Shown here piece after piece: positions 39,740 to 50,119 of a stretch of DNA of 64,000 bases. The stretch comes from Oceanobacter sp. (lineage in GTDB: Bacteria; Pseudomonadota; Gammaproteobacteria; Pseudomonadales; Oceanobacteraceae): contig NVWL01000053.1 in NCBI GenBank assembly GCA_002733645.1, positions 4,649-68,648 of the forward strand, written 5' to 3'. Under the pieces are notes generated by a model. That model did no database searches and was not told the DNA's origin. It worked only from the letters and a program-made list of their open reading frames with translations. Each line of letters starts with the position of its first letter. The stretch's first letter is position 1. The translations under genes were made by a program, and so were the position numbers.

Positions 39740-40153
39740 TTAAAACTCATACACCGTCTTACAGTAAGCAATTCCAGACACTAATAAGTACTTCTGGCAA
39801 ATATTCAGCGTACAAAAGAATTCATCGGTGCGAGCTTCGTCTGGCTGTATCACCTCAGGTTCGCCCTGGTAGCCCTTCGGGCATAGTTCCTTGGCACGCT
39901 GTTGCCAGATGCTCTTGAGATTACTTAACGTTTTTTCTTTTTGTATGGTTAGCGCGAGTATGTCTTCGTGGCGTACTTCAATGACGTGCACGCCGGCTGA
40001 GACTTCTTTGTCTACGTAGCCGTCGGTGATACGTTGCTCGCGTTCAACAGATAGGTCTGCCTGTGTGTACGGCAGAGGTGAGGTGCAAGCACTCAGAAGT
40101 AGAGATAGAGCGGTAACAAGGGTAATGACGGGAATAAGCAACAGCAGTTTCAT
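39740..40153 (-). CDS. Hypothetical lipoprotein
   Basis: 137 aa. The signal peptide has the lipobox LLSAC. I recognise no family. Confidence 0.5.
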   Translation of the reverse strand: MKLLLLIPVITLVTALSLLLSACTSPLPYTQADLSVEREQRITDGYVDKEVSAGVHVIEVRHEDILALTIQKEKTLSNLKSIWQQRAKELCPKGYQGEPEVIQPDEARTDEFFCTLNICQKYLLVSGIAYCKTVYEF

Positions 40154-40187
40154 TCAGGCAACATCGTAGTAAAAAGAAAAGATGGCT

Positions 40188-40664
40188 CTATTCTGCCGTA
40201 ATTTTTCCGAAAATACCTCTGGTAAGTGTGACTAGGTCGTTGGCCTGTAGTGAAATTTCTAAGCCTCTGCGGCCAGCGCTGACATGAATGCGTTCGAACT
40301 GTTTGGACGAGTCATCAACGACGGTGGGCAGCGCTTTCTTTTGGCCTATAGGACTGATGCCACCGACGAGGTAGCCTGTGCTGCGTTCTGCGACTTTGGG
40401 ATCGGCCATGTCTGCTTTTTTTGCTCCCAGTGCTTTAGCGATGGCTTTTAAGCTAAGAGTGTTGGCAACAGGAATGACGGCTACCGCAAGGGGGCTTTTG
40501 TGGCCTGTCAGTGCGACCAGCAGCGTTTTGAATACACTATCAGGTGATAGATTCAGCTTTTCCGCGGCTTCGCCGCCATAGTTGGTGGTAGCGGGGTCGT
40601 GTTGATACTTGAGGATGTCGAAGTTGATCTTGGCTTTCTTAGCTTTCTCTATGGCGGGTGTCAT
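40188..40664 (-). CDS. ybaK: Cys-tRNA(Pro)/Cys-tRNA(Cys) deacylase YbaK
   Basis: The start is at MTPAIEKAKKAKINFDILKYQHDP. The protein is collinear with E. coli YbaK (...STGYLVGGISPIGQKK...). Confidence 0.85.
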   Translation of the reverse strand: MTPAIEKAKKAKINFDILKYQHDPATTNYGGEAAEKLNLSPDSVFKTLLVALTGHKSPLAVAVIPVANTLSLKAIAKALGAKKADMADPKVAERSTGYLVGGISPIGQKKALPTVVDDSSKQFERIHVSAGRRGLEISLQANDLVTLTRGIFGKITAE

Positions 40665-40680
40665 TTGAGTTACTCGCTGT

Positions 40681-40935
40681 TTACTCACATAGACCAATAT
40701 ACTGAAAGCGGGGTTGCTCTCCGGCGTCGGTAGTGACGCTTTCGGTAAACATTCCGTAGGGGCGCACCCACTCGCTCTTATCGCCATACAGGGTTCGGTA
40801 ATGCACTAACCATTCTTCGGTTTCGCTGTGGCGGACTAACCCAAAGACCTCGTATTCGTTGCCTTTGTAATGGCGGTAGCGGCCCGGTTGTATGCTGGGT
40901 TGGGTATCTTTCGGTACATCACTCATGGGACACAA
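40681..40935 (-). CDS. DUF1653-family protein
   Basis: 84 aa. ...YRHYKGNEYEVFGLVRHSETEEWLVHYRTLYGD... matches the DUF1653 pattern. Confidence 0.7.
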   Translation of the reverse strand: MCPMSDVPKDTQPSIQPGRYRHYKGNEYEVFGLVRHSETEEWLVHYRTLYGDKSEWVRPYGMFTESVTTDAGEQPRFQYIGLCE

Positions 40936-40958
40936 ATCTCTTTATTATTAGCAGCCTC

Positions 40959-41690
40959 TCAATCAGGAATAATTGAGAAGCGTACCTGCACTTGTTGGCT
41001 AATGGTTTGCTCTTGGATCTGCATTTCACTGCCGGTGTCGGCTTTTGAGCGCATCATTGAGGCGCTTTCCATCATCATGACGGGCTGATGAATACGGTTA
41101 CCAGTTTCTTGAATCCAGAGCACGCCAGAGATTTTTTGATCAAGTACAGCGGACATTTCTGAGGCTTTTTCTTTCGCATTTAATAACGCTAAGCGGCGCG
41201 CCTTTGTTTGGTATTTTTCTGGATCATTAAACTTCAATTGAGTTGAACTGACCCGAAAGCGTTCATCCGTCAGGAGAGATTCAAGCAACTTGCCGTAGTT
41301 ATCCAGATTGCGAAGATTAATGGTGACAGGTCGAGTTACTCGATGGCCAATCAGTTCGCGTTTACCGTTTTTAAGGTACTGCCATTGAGGGTAATTATTG
41401 ATAAGAACGGACTCGACATCTTTACGTTCAATTCTTAAGTTTTTAGCGATGGTGGTAATTTGTGCAAAGGCCTCATCGACTAGGTTTTTGGCTATGGCTA
41501 CGTCTTTGTCCGTTGCGCTTAATTCTACTGAGATCGTTAAGTAATCGGGGTAGGCTTCAATTTCACCGTGGCCGCTCACATCAATATAAGCTGCTTGAAC
41601 ATCCGCCTGCGCGATTGCTGCCGTCGAGGTTAACGCAAGTGTGCTAAATGATAAGGCTAATGCTGTAAAAACCGTTGCGATCCGTTTCAT
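40959..41690 (-). CDS. SIMPL-domain (YggE-like) periplasmic protein
   Basis: 243 aa with a signal peptide. The layout is collinear with DUF541/SIMPL proteins. Confidence 0.65.
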   Translation of the reverse strand: MKRIATVFTALALSFSTLALTSTAAIAQADVQAAYIDVSGHGEIEAYPDYLTISVELSATDKDVAIAKNLVDEAFAQITTIAKNLRIERKDVESVLINNYPQWQYLKNGKRELIGHRVTRPVTINLRNLDNYGKLLESLLTDERFRVSSTQLKFNDPEKYQTKARRLALLNAKEKASEMSAVLDQKISGVLWIQETGNRIHQPVMMMESASMMRSKADTGSEMQIQEQTISQQVQVRFSIIPD

Positions 41691-41726
41691 GATATTTACC
41701 TCAATAGAATGTACGAGATGACGTAT

Positions 41727-42008
41727 TTATGAATTCGTTTTATTGAACTGCGCTAGCTGCTCTGGCGTTGCTTCTTGCTGGTGTTTTTCTTTCCATTCAC
41801 TGTAAGGCATGCCGTAGATTTTCTCACGGGCATCATCGTAAGTAATTGTCTGGCCGTGATCTTCTGCCGCAGCGCTGTACCACTTAGCTAGGCAGTTACG
41901 ACAGAAACCCGCTAGATTCATGAGTTCTATATTTTGCACATCTTTACGAGAATCTAAATGTTCAAGTAAGCGACGGAAGGCTGCGGCTTCGATTTTGTCA
42001 TTGTTCAT
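41727..42008 (-). CDS. DUF1244-family protein
   Basis: 93 aa. ...AAFRRLLEHL...LAGFCRNCLAKWY... is the typical DUF1244 core. Confidence 0.7.
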   Translation of the reverse strand: MNNDKIEAAAFRRLLEHLDSRKDVQNIELMNLAGFCRNCLAKWYSAAAEDHGQTITYDDAREKIYGMPYSEWKEKHQQEATPEQLAQFNKTNS

Positions 42009-42058
42009 AATTTAGGGGGGCCTATAGATTAATAAAACGAAGTGGGAATTAAACTGAC

Positions 42059-43018
42059 TTAAAAGTGCTCGTAACCTTCGCGGTCAAAGTTCAGCGGTGT
42101 ACCGTTGGCTATTACTGTGATGTTTCCAGAATCTGACTCGGTGGCTGCAATTACTTTTCCAACGCGAGTACAGTGATCTAAATTAATTGTTTGCGCGCAG
42201 GCAAGAATACGATCTTCTGCGTCTTTAGGAGCAGTAAATAGCAATTGGTAATCATCTCCGCCGGTAAGACATTGAGTCCATTGGGGATGTTCCCGAGGCA
42301 CACTTGTTGGTATGGCGTTAGCGTCAAATTCTAAATTAACGCCGGATGCTCGGGCAATATGTCGAGCGTCTTGCAATAAGCCGTCAGAAATATCGATGGC
42401 GGAGGTCGCTAAACTGAGTAATACATGCCCGAAAGAAACGTGGACTTGAGGGTGGTAATAGGGCGCGGTGGCAGCGTCGTCTCTGTCAGGTGTTTTGAGC
42501 ACCTCGTCGAGAATTAGTGCTGCAGCGCCTATCTTTCCTGATAGCCAAATATCCTGACCAGCAACAGCTCCCGTTCGACGTAAACCTAAGCCTTGTGGTA
42601 ACCAACCCTGTACTGCCACGGTCACGGTAAGTACAGAGCCGCGAGTGGTGTCACCGCCCAATAGCGGCATTTCAAGTTCGTGTGCAGTTTGGCGTAAGCC
42701 TCGGGCGAATTCAGCCAGAAAGCTTGGGTCGCTCTCAGGTAGAGTCAGCGCGAGATGAAAGCCTTGTGGCACAGCGCCAATGGCGGCCAAGTCACTGACG
42801 GCACAGCGTAATGCTCGTGCTGCAATAAGATGTGCTGGAGCATTCGCTGGAAAATGGACTCCAGCGACTTGGGTATCAATACTTTGTGCCAGTTCCATAT
42901 CGAGCGGCGGGTTAACCAATGAACAGTCGTCACCGATGCCCAGCAACACGTCGTCCGCCTGCGGAAAACCACGGGTGAAATAATCACGAATCAGGTCAAA
43001 CTCCGAAGGCCGTGGCAT
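42059..43018 (-). CDS. thiL: Thiamine-monophosphate kinase
   Basis: 319 aa of the AIR-synthase-like fold (...GIGDDCSL..., ...GGDTT...). It sits immediately downstream of nusB, as in many proteobacteria. Confidence 0.85.
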   Translation of the reverse strand: MPRPSEFDLIRDYFTRGFPQADDVLLGIGDDCSLVNPPLDMELAQSIDTQVAGVHFPANAPAHLIAARALRCAVSDLAAIGAVPQGFHLALTLPESDPSFLAEFARGLRQTAHELEMPLLGGDTTRGSVLTVTVAVQGWLPQGLGLRRTGAVAGQDIWLSGKIGAAALILDEVLKTPDRDDAATAPYYHPQVHVSFGHVLLSLATSAIDISDGLLQDARHIARASGVNLEFDANAIPTSVPREHPQWTQCLTGGDDYQLLFTAPKDAEDRILACAQTINLDHCTRVGKVIAATESDSGNITVIANGTPLNFDREGYEHF

Positions 43019-43021
43019 ACG

Positions 43022-43483
43022 TTAGTTACGTCCGCCTCGGATTTCGACCATACGCTCACGCGCGGCTAACTTGTCCAAAATACCGTTGACGTATTTGTGG
43101 CCGTCGGTTGCGCCAAACGTTTTGGCTAGCTCAACCGATTCGTTGATAACTACCTTGTAAGGGATATCAATGCGGTGACACATCTCGAATGCGCCTAAAC
43201 GTAAGATGGCTAATTCAACCGGCGTGAGTTCGTCGATGCGACGATCCATAAATGGCAAGATTTTTTCGTCCAGCTTGCCCTTCTCTTTTGGTACGTTGTG
43301 AAGGATGTCTTGGAAGTACTCAATATCGACCTTGCTCATGTCGTTATCGGTGCGAAACTCTGCCTCAATAGCGGTAAGGCTAGAGCCAGATATTTGCCAT
43401 TGATACAGTGCCTGTATCGCAAAGCGGCGTGCTTTGCGGCGGGCGGACATGCTTGGCTTTTGATTGCCGGAAGCTCGTGACAT
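43022..43483 (-). CDS. nusB: Transcription antitermination factor NusB
   Basis: The start is at [30 protein letters not shown]. The tracked 5' extension overlaps ribH and is rejected. Confidence 0.9.
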   Translation of the reverse strand: MSRASGNQKPSMSARRKARRFAIQALYQWQISGSSLTAIEAEFRTDNDMSKVDIEYFQDILHNVPKEKGKLDEKILPFMDRRIDELTPVELAILRLGAFEMCHRIDIPYKVVINESVELAKTFGATDGHKYVNGILDKLAARERMVEIRGGRN

Positions 43484-43487
43484 TACC

Positions 43488-43964
43488 TCAAACCTCCATT
43501 TCTTTGAGCAGCGCGACCATCTCAAACGCTGACATTGCGGCTTCCTCGCCTTTATTACCTGCCTTGGTGCCTGAGCGCTCAATGGCTTGTTCGATAGTGT
43601 CTACGGTCAATACGCCGAACGCGACAGGGATGTCGTATTGCAGCGCAATATTCGACAGGCCTTTCACACATTCGCCCGCCACGTATTCAAAGTGTGGTGT
43701 CCCACCACGAATGACGGCGCCTAAGGCGATCACAGCATCGTATTTGCCAGACGCTGCGGCTTTTTTCACCACGAGAGGAATTTCAACTGCACCCGGCGCA
43801 CGGATAATGGTGATGTTAGATTCTTCAACGCCGTGACGCATGAGCGAATCGACTGCGCCTTCTAACAGGCTTTCGACAACAAAGGCGTTCCAACGACCCA
43901 CAACAATGGCGTAACGGCCATCGTTAGGAGTGAGCTTGCCTTCAATAGTTTTAATCTGATTCAT
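43488..43964 (-). CDS. ribH: 6,7-dimethyl-8-ribityllumazine synthase
   Basis: 158 aa (...[18 protein letters not shown]..., ...GTPHFEYV...). Confidence 0.95.
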   Translation of the reverse strand: MNQIKTIEGKLTPNDGRYAIVVGRWNAFVVESLLEGAVDSLMRHGVEESNITIIRAPGAVEIPLVVKKAAASGKYDAVIALGAVIRGGTPHFEYVAGECVKGLSNIALQYDIPVAFGVLTVDTIEQAIERSGTKAGNKGEEAAMSAFEMVALLKEMEV

Positions 43965-43986
43965 AACGTTATCCTGTCAGAAAAAA

Positions 43987-45102
43987 TTATTCGGAGTAAG
44001 GGAGGTATTCGGTAATTTCGAGATCAAACCCGGAGATACCGCTGTATTTCATTTCAGAGCTGAGCAAACGCATTTTGCGAATGTTCAGTTCACGTAAAAT
44101 TTGTGAGCCGGTACCGATGGTTAAAAAGGCACCAGAGCTGTCAGTGTTCGGGCTACGCTGCGGACGTGCACGTCCAAAGAAATTATCCAAAGAGGCGTCG
44201 ACATCTTCTGTTTGATCCGCCGATAACAACACCAGTACGCCTTTGCCTTCTTTAGCGATGCGCTTCAGTGCTTGAGTGGATGACCAACTGTCGGACTCAG
44301 TAGAACGTAACCCCAATACATCACGAATCATATTGTTGGTTTGTACTCGCACCAGTGTGGGTTCTTCTGGGGTAATGTCACCCAAAGTTAACGCTAGGTG
44401 AGTTTCGCCCAAAATAGAGTCTTTAAATGTGTGCAGTGTGAAGTCACCAAATTCGGTGTGAACTTGGTCTTGTGAAATCACATCAACGGTTTTTTCATTG
44501 GCAATACGATAATGAATTAAATCAGCAATGGTACCGATTTTAATTCCGTGCTTTTCAGCGAATACTTCGAGGTCTGGACGACGCGCCATCGTGCCGTCGG
44601 CGTTCATGATTTCAACAATGGCAGACGACGGAATCAGTCCTGCTAACCGCGCTAGATCACAACCCGCTTCGGTGTGGCCTGCACGACTCAGCACGCCACC
44701 AGGACGAGCACGCAATGGGAAAATATGCCCTGGCTGTACGATGTCTTCCGGCTTACCCATAGGGTTTACCGCAGCAATGATTGTCTTGGCACGGTCAGCT
44801 GCAGAAATGCCAGTCGTCACACCTTCTGCGGCTTCAATAGAGACAGTAAATGGCGTTGAGAATTTAGCCCCATTGCCAGCCACCATAGAAGGCAAACCCA
44901 GAAAATCGCAACGCTCGCCAGTCAGAGTTAAGCAAATTAATCCACGCGCTTCGGTGGCCATGAAATTAATAATGTCTGGGGTTACTTTTTCGGCAGCAAC
45001 AATAATGTCGCCTTCATTTTCGCGATCTTCGTCATCCATTAAAATGACCATTTTACCGGCACGCATGTCGGCAATGATTTCTTCAACGCTGTTCAGAGTC
45101 AT
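43987..45102 (-). CDS. ribBA: Bifunctional 3,4-dihydroxy-2-butanone-4-phosphate synthase / GTP cyclohydrolase II-like
   Basis: 371 aa. The N-terminal DHBPS motifs [10 protein letters not shown] and TGISAADR are present, followed by a cyclohydrolase-II-like C-terminal domain. Confidence 0.9.
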   Translation of the reverse strand: MTLNSVEEIIADMRAGKMVILMDDEDRENEGDIIVAAEKVTPDIINFMATEARGLICLTLTGERCDFLGLPSMVAGNGAKFSTPFTVSIEAAEGVTTGISAADRAKTIIAAVNPMGKPEDIVQPGHIFPLRARPGGVLSRAGHTEAGCDLARLAGLIPSSAIVEIMNADGTMARRPDLEVFAEKHGIKIGTIADLIHYRIANEKTVDVISQDQVHTEFGDFTLHTFKDSILGETHLALTLGDITPEEPTLVRVQTNNMIRDVLGLRSTESDSWSSTQALKRIAKEGKGVLVLLSADQTEDVDASLDNFFGRARPQRSPNTDSSGAFLTIGTGSQILRELNIRKMRLLSSEMKYSGISGFDLEITEYLPYSE

Positions 45103-45114
45103 AAAAATTCCCGG

Positions 45115-45768
45115 TTATTTCCAAAAGCCATTTTCTGCTAAAAAAGCCGGTGTCATTTGGCTTTGCTTGGTGTTGTCTTTATTACTTAAAAGTTGCTCTA
45201 GATAACGCGCAATAATATCGACTTCTAAGTGTACTTGGTCACCGGCTTGTATCTGCGCCAGTGTTGTTTGCTCGGCGGTGTGCGGAACAATATTTAATTC
45301 AAAGCCAGTGGCGGTGAGTGCGTTAGTGGTGAGGCTGACACCATCAACTGTTACCGACCCTTTGGCAGCAATATAGCGCTGCAGTTCGGCGGGAATATCG
45401 ATGCTAAAACGCACAGAGCGAGCATCAATGTCACGCGAACGCACGATGCCAACCCCATCCACATGACCGCTTACTAAGTGGCCACCCATGCGAGTGGAAG
45501 GCAGCATGGCTTTTTCTAAATTTACTTTTGTTCCTGCTGCCCACTGACCAATGCGAGTATGCGCTAATGATTCACGCGAGACGTCTGCTTCAAATCCATC
45601 CGCATGACAAGCAACCACGGTGAGGCATACGCCATTGGTGGCGATGCTGTCGCCTAATTTTACATCGCTTAGATCAAGGTTTGCGGTATTGATCCGTAAC
45701 CGTACATCACCTTGCTCGGTACGAGTGCTGGCAATATGGCCGACGGCTTCGATGATTCCTGTGAACAC
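45115..45768 (-). CDS. ribE: Riboflavin synthase
   Basis: 217 aa. The sequence [10 protein letters not shown]... is present, with duplicated lumazine-binding repeats. Confidence 0.9.
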   Translation of the reverse strand: MFTGIIEAVGHIASTRTEQGDVRLRINTANLDLSDVKLGDSIATNGVCLTVVACHADGFEADVSRESLAHTRIGQWAAGTKVNLEKAMLPSTRMGGHLVSGHVDGVGIVRSRDIDARSVRFSIDIPAELQRYIAAKGSVTVDGVSLTTNALTATGFELNIVPHTAEQTTLAQIQAGDQVHLEVDIIARYLEQLLSNKDNTKQSQMTPAFLAENGFWK

Positions 45769-45769
45769 T

Positions 45770-46948
45770 CTACAGCCCTTCTTGTTCGGTGTTTTTGACT
45801 GATCGCAAGGTAGGGCGCAAATCAGGAAGCAAGGTTAGGCGAACATCGTTACCCACCATACGTACATCCTGCCAGTGCCAGCGGATCTGTTGTTTCATGT
45901 CGCTCATTGGCAATGATAGCAGCGGACGCGCCTCACTACCGAGTAACGTGGGGGCACAGTACACGACTAATTCATCCACCAGACCCGCATCAATAAATGC
46001 ACCGGCAAGTTGTGCACCGGATTCAACCAATACTTCATTGCATTGCTGTGCCGCTAAATATTTTAGCAATGCGGTTAGGTCTGTTTTTTCGTTCTTAGCA
46101 CCCGACCAATAGTCTGTTTTGCCTAATGCGCTGCTGCGTTCAATTTTTTGCTGGCGAGAAGTGTGACCGGCAATCAGTATATCGCCCGGTTGTGCAAATA
46201 TCTTCGCGGTTGAAGTCACACGCTCAGAGCCATCAATGATCACGCGTAATGGTTGGCGCTGTAATTCTGTAGGGATGTTCAGTTCAGCTTCGTCTGCACG
46301 TACCGTCATGGATGGGTTATCAATTATTACGCTGTCGGCACCGGTAATGACGGCGCAGCTTTGGGCACGTAAACGCTGTACGTCACGACGCGCCTCTGGG
46401 CCGGTAATCCATTGGCTTTCGCCGGATTGCATTGCCGTACGACCATCCAGGCTCATGGCAAGCTTTAAGCGCACCAAGGGTAAGCCAGAGGTCATACGCT
46501 TCATAAAGCCCGCATTCAAGGCATAGGCTTGTTCTGGGAGGCAGGCTTCAGTGACTTTAATCCCCGCATCGCGCAGCATTTGAAAGCCTCGACCTGCCAC
46601 TTCAGGGTTGGGGTCTCGAACGGCGCCGACCACACGTGCAACGCCTGCCTTGATTAAGCCTTCAGCACAGGGCGGTGTGCGGCCATGATGGCTGCAGGGT
46701 TCGAGGGTGACATAAGCGGTCGCGCCTTTAGCATTATCACCGGCATCACGCAGTGCATGAACTTCCGCATGAGGGCCTCCGGCTTGTTGATGCCAACCCT
46801 CGCCAATAACATTGTCGTTTTTTACGATGACACAGCCGACTCGTGGATTAGGGCTGGTGGTATAGCGACCTCGTTCGGCGAGTTGCAGGGCAAGGCTCAT
46901 CCATTCTGTGTCTTTAATGCTTAGGTGATCAGTTGCTTGCTCAGTCAT
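45770..46948 (-). CDS. ribD: Bifunctional riboflavin biosynthesis deaminase/reductase
   Basis: The start is at MTEQATDHL..., overlapping the nrdR stop by 8 nt. The deaminase zinc motifs HAEV and [11 protein letters not shown] are present. Confidence 0.9.
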   Translation of the reverse strand: MTEQATDHLSIKDTEWMSLALQLAERGRYTTSPNPRVGCVIVKNDNVIGEGWHQQAGGPHAEVHALRDAGDNAKGATAYVTLEPCSHHGRTPPCAEGLIKAGVARVVGAVRDPNPEVAGRGFQMLRDAGIKVTEACLPEQAYALNAGFMKRMTSGLPLVRLKLAMSLDGRTAMQSGESQWITGPEARRDVQRLRAQSCAVITGADSVIIDNPSMTVRADEAELNIPTELQRQPLRVIIDGSERVTSTAKIFAQPGDILIAGHTSRQQKIERSSALGKTDYWSGAKNEKTDLTALLKYLAAQQCNEVLVESGAQLAGAFIDAGLVDELVVYCAPTLLGSEARPLLSLPMSDMKQQIRWHWQDVRMVGNDVRLTLLPDLRPTLRSVKNTEQEGL

Positions 46949-47429
46949 CGGAGGCCTCCGGTGTCTGTCGTGCTTCTGGAGTTTGCGACATACGTTCGAT
47001 CTCGGCACGAAATTCATCAAGATCTTTAAAGCTACGATACACCGAGGCGAAGCGTACAAAGGCGACTTCATCGAGGCTTCGAAGCTCCCGCATTACCCAT
47101 TCGCCCAAATCGCGACTCGGGATTTCTCGCTCGCCAGTCGCACGTAATGTTTGTTTGATGTGGGTGATCGCGGCTTCAATGGCCTCGACGCTGACCGGAC
47201 GTTTTTCTAGCGCGCGCTGGATTCCGGAGCGGAGTTTGTCGTCATTAAAGGGTTCACGGGTGCCGTCTTGTTTGATGATGCGTGGCATCACAAGTTCAGC
47301 GGTCTCAAAGGTCGTGTAGCGTTCACCACACTGAATGCATTCCCTGCGTCGACGAATCTGTTCGCCGTCAGCCACCAGACGAGAGTCGATAACTTTGGTT
47401 TCTGGATGTGCGCAGAATGGGCAATGCAT
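46941..47429 (-). CDS. nrdR: Transcriptional repressor NrdR
   Basis: The start is at [19 protein letters not shown] (zinc ribbon), followed by an ATP-cone. The tracked 5' extension is rejected. Confidence 0.95.
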   Translation of the reverse strand: MHCPFCAHPETKVIDSRLVADGEQIRRRRECIQCGERYTTFETAELVMPRIIKQDGTREPFNDDKLRSGIQRALEKRPVSVEAIEAAITHIKQTLRATGEREIPSRDLGEWVMRELRSLDEVAFVRFASVYRSFKDLDEFRAEIERMSQTPEARQTPEASDD

Positions 47430-47513
47430 ATTAAAGAACGTTCCGTTTAGGAAATGGCCACTCCGCAGGGTCGGAGGCTGGGCGCATCTTACTGATTTAG
47501 CGGCTTTCAGGCA

Positions 47514-47545
47514 ATAAAAAAGGGCCGCATAGCGGCCCGATTTTA
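47514..47545 (-). terminator. Terminator after paralogue 1
   Basis: On the minus strand, the hairpin GGGCCGC-tat-GCGGCCC is followed by TTTTTT. Confidence 0.7.
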
Positions 47546-47585
47546 TGTCATTTTTACACTTACTTAGATCAAGTAAGGTCAGCAA

Positions 47586-48539
47586 TTATGCCGCTGAGGT
47601 GTTGCCTGTCATGTGCGCATGAGATGGATTCTTGATCTGGTCAGCCAGCATGCCACCATCTTGCAACATCTTTTCACGCCAGTCGTCTAGTAATTGTACT
47701 GTGTCGTGGTCGTTCGGATGGAAGCCTGGACGGAAGTAGTCGAGGTATTTGAAGGTCAGTGTTGGGAATAGACCTTTCCAGCCCCACAAGAACCATAAAC
47801 CTTTCAAGTTAGCTTTAATGTTGAACAAGCTGCCATCAGCCCACATCAAGCGCGCGTGGCCTTGAATAACAATGACAAAGAAAAATACAGTTGCCAAAAG
47901 CATAGCGAAGGTACGTAAGAAGTAGCCACCGCCGACCAGTTGGTATACATCGTAAGCAACAATTTTGTGCTCGTTTTCTTCCAGTGCGTGCCACATCCAC
48001 AATTTCAGTGCTTCTGGGTCGCTGATGTTTTCTTGGTGGCGCTTGTCACGTAATAACTGCTCCGCCAAAATTGCCGTGTAGTGCTCAAGAGCAACGGTGA
48101 TCGCGAGTTGCAGTTTCTTAGGCAGTATTTTACGCCCAAGCTTTAACAACCAACCCACTTCTTTGTCTAGGGTGCCAGTTGGCAGGCCATTACGCTCGGC
48201 AACGTCATTAAATGCTGCGTGTTCTTTACTGTGCATCGCTTCTTGGCCGATAAAGCCAGACACTTGGTCTTTAAGAAGCTGATCTTTAATTTCGTGACGG
48301 TAGTTTTTTACCGTATCGACAAAGAAGGTTTCGCCTTCTGGGAACAGTGCAGACAGTGTGGTCCAAAACGTCGTTAAGAACGAGTTATCTGCGTACCAGT
48401 AACGTTTGGTGTCTTCGCCAAATTCAAAATCCATACGACGTGGAGGAATACCTGCACGTTCACCCGCAGTCATGCGTACCTTTTTTGTCGTCTCGGTTGC
48501 TGTTGTCGTAGTCATACGATACACCTGCTTGTTAGTCAT
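47586..48539 (-). CDS. 'Predicted metal-dependent hydrolase'-like protein (PF10118-like), paralogue 1
   Basis: 317 aa (the start may be an internal ATG). The conserved core is MTAGERAGIPPRRMDFEF...GQEAMHSKEH...ALEHYTAILAE...HALEENEHK...PGFHPNDHD. Confidence 0.75.
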   Translation of the reverse strand: MTNKQVYRMTTTTATETTKKVRMTAGERAGIPPRRMDFEFGEDTKRYWYADNSFLTTFWTTLSALFPEGETFFVDTVKNYRHEIKDQLLKDQVSGFIGQEAMHSKEHAAFNDVAERNGLPTGTLDKEVGWLLKLGRKILPKKLQLAITVALEHYTAILAEQLLRDKRHQENISDPEALKLWMWHALEENEHKIVAYDVYQLVGGGYFLRTFAMLLATVFFFVIVIQGHARLMWADGSLFNIKANLKGLWFLWGWKGLFPTLTFKYLDYFRPGFHPNDHDTVQLLDDWREKMLQDGGMLADQIKNPSHAHMTGNTSAA

Positions 48540-48861
48540 TGTATTTAGGAGCCTTGAATCGATTTAGAGTTGGCTCTCTTTGTGTTCAGTCTATTAGACG
48601 CGTGTCAGTTTGCCAGTTGAAGGTAGCTGGCTGCCAATTTTTACCAAATTAGTCAGGTTATTTTGGGTCGTGAAAGTACGCTTATTGGCAGGAAATACCT
48701 AGAAGGTCGGATGAACAGCTGTCTATCTGCTGTTGAGGGGGTTTATTTCAGACATTGGCGATATTTTGTGGCGGGGGTGGAATGGCGTCAAAGGGTTGTT
48801 AGACGCCAATACATTATTTAATACAGCTAAATGTGCCATCAAGGCATTGTAAAGATGCCAT

Positions 48862-48899
48862 AAAAAAGCCGGATTACCTTATAAGGTACCGGCTTTTTT
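48862..48899. terminator. Bidirectional terminator after paralogue 2
   Basis: AAAAAAGCCGG...CCGGCTTTTTT with an extended inner stem. Confidence 0.75.
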
Positions 48900-48901
48900 G
48901 A

Positions 48902-49825
48902 TTAAACGGTGGCAGGCCGTGAAGGATTTTTGATCTGATCGGCAAGCATACCGCCTTCCGTTAGCATTTTTTCACGCCAGTCATCGAGTAATTGCACAGT
49001 ATCGTGATCATTTGGATGGAAACCTGGGCGGTAAAAATCAAAGTACTGTTTGGCTAAGCGTGGGAATAACCCTTTCCAGCCCCACAGAAACTTTAAACCT
49101 TTCCAGTTTTCTTTCCATTTAAATAGGCTGCCATCGGCCCACAATAGACGCATGTGGCCTTGGGTAACGACGACGGCGAATACGAGGGTGGCAATCAACA
49201 TGGTGGCAACGCGGGTAAAGTAGCCACCGCCTGCGACTTCATAGACATCATACGCAACGATTTTGTGCTCGTTTTCTTCGAGGGCGTGCCACATCCATAA
49301 CTTCAGCGCTTCTGGGTCAGAAAACATATCTTGGTGAATATCTTCGCGCAACAGTTGTTCAGCAAGGATAGCGGTGTAATGCTCAAGAGCAACGGTGACC
49401 GCTAACTGCATCTTTTTAGGCACGAATTTACGGACTACCTTGAATAACACGCCGAGTTCTTTATCCAGCTTATCGGTGGGGAACCCATGTTTCTCTGCCA
49501 TCGCATTGAACGTTTCGTGCTCTTTGCTGTGCATGGCTTCTTGGCCAATAAATCCAGAGACCTGATCTTTCAATGTCGGATCTGTGATCATATGACGGTA
49601 GTTCTTTACGCTATCGACAAAAAAAGTTTCACCTTCTGGGAATAGCGCGGATAAGGTTGCCCAGAATGTCGTTAAAAATGCATTATTGCCATACCAGTAA
49701 CGTGTCGTCTCTTCGGCAAATTCAAAATCCATGCGGCGCGGCGGAATACCTGCACGTTCACCTGCGGTAATGCGGGGCTTGCTTGTTGATGGAGCCACCG
49801 TGGAATGTGTCGCTGCATTTGTCAT
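48902..49825 (-). CDS. PF10118-like protein, paralogue 2
   Basis: 307 aa. It has the same conserved blocks as paralogue 1. Confidence 0.75.
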   Translation of the reverse strand: MTNAATHSTVAPSTSKPRITAGERAGIPPRRMDFEFAEETTRYWYGNNAFLTTFWATLSALFPEGETFFVDSVKNYRHMITDPTLKDQVSGFIGQEAMHSKEHETFNAMAEKHGFPTDKLDKELGVLFKVVRKFVPKKMQLAVTVALEHYTAILAEQLLREDIHQDMFSDPEALKLWMWHALEENEHKIVAYDVYEVAGGGYFTRVATMLIATLVFAVVVTQGHMRLLWADGSLFKWKENWKGLKFLWGWKGLFPRLAKQYFDFYRPGFHPNDHDTVQLLDDWREKMLTEGGMLADQIKNPSRPATV

Positions 49826-50119
49826 ATAAGAGTCCTACCCTAATAATGGTAATCGATGCTGGCTGTATATCGGCTTAGCACCTTCCGGTGTGGTGGTTTT
49901 CGATACGGGCAGTAATCTCTGAGTAACTAGGCACTATGTAGCATAGGCGAGAATCTGCGAGTGGATGACCACGACACTTATACAAAGTTAAGGGATTTAC
50001 TGACGAGTGAGAATTTTAAGACAGTGCAAAAATCAGTGATTTCCGATCAAAATGAATAGGCGGATATGCCAAGGCTCAGTTTTAGTACCTTGTTAAGCAC
50101 CTTGGCATATGGGGTTTGA

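Noticed and set aside
43484-43582. Tracked 5' extensions of nusB (to 43582), ribD (to 47071), nrdR (to 47585), ybaK (to 40787), tkt (to 29679), the binding protein (to 23890) and paralogue 3 (to 51166).
   Set aside because: The extensions overlap upstream genes or add non-conserved, compositionally odd residues. The internal ATGs reproduce the canonical N-termini.
44528-45205. A 225-aa plus-strand ORF lies antisense to ribBA. Similar long antisense ORFs occur at 13251-13670 (in the pyc B subunit), 9678-10136 (in the LysR gene), 36476-36934 (in fumC), 15814-16392 (in the M17 peptidase gene) and 58376-58828 (in ettA).
   Set aside because: Each is fully embedded opposite a strongly conserved gene. 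Their composition is Ser/Ala/Arg/Pro-rich and low in complexity, and they lack an RBS. They are typical shadow ORFs.
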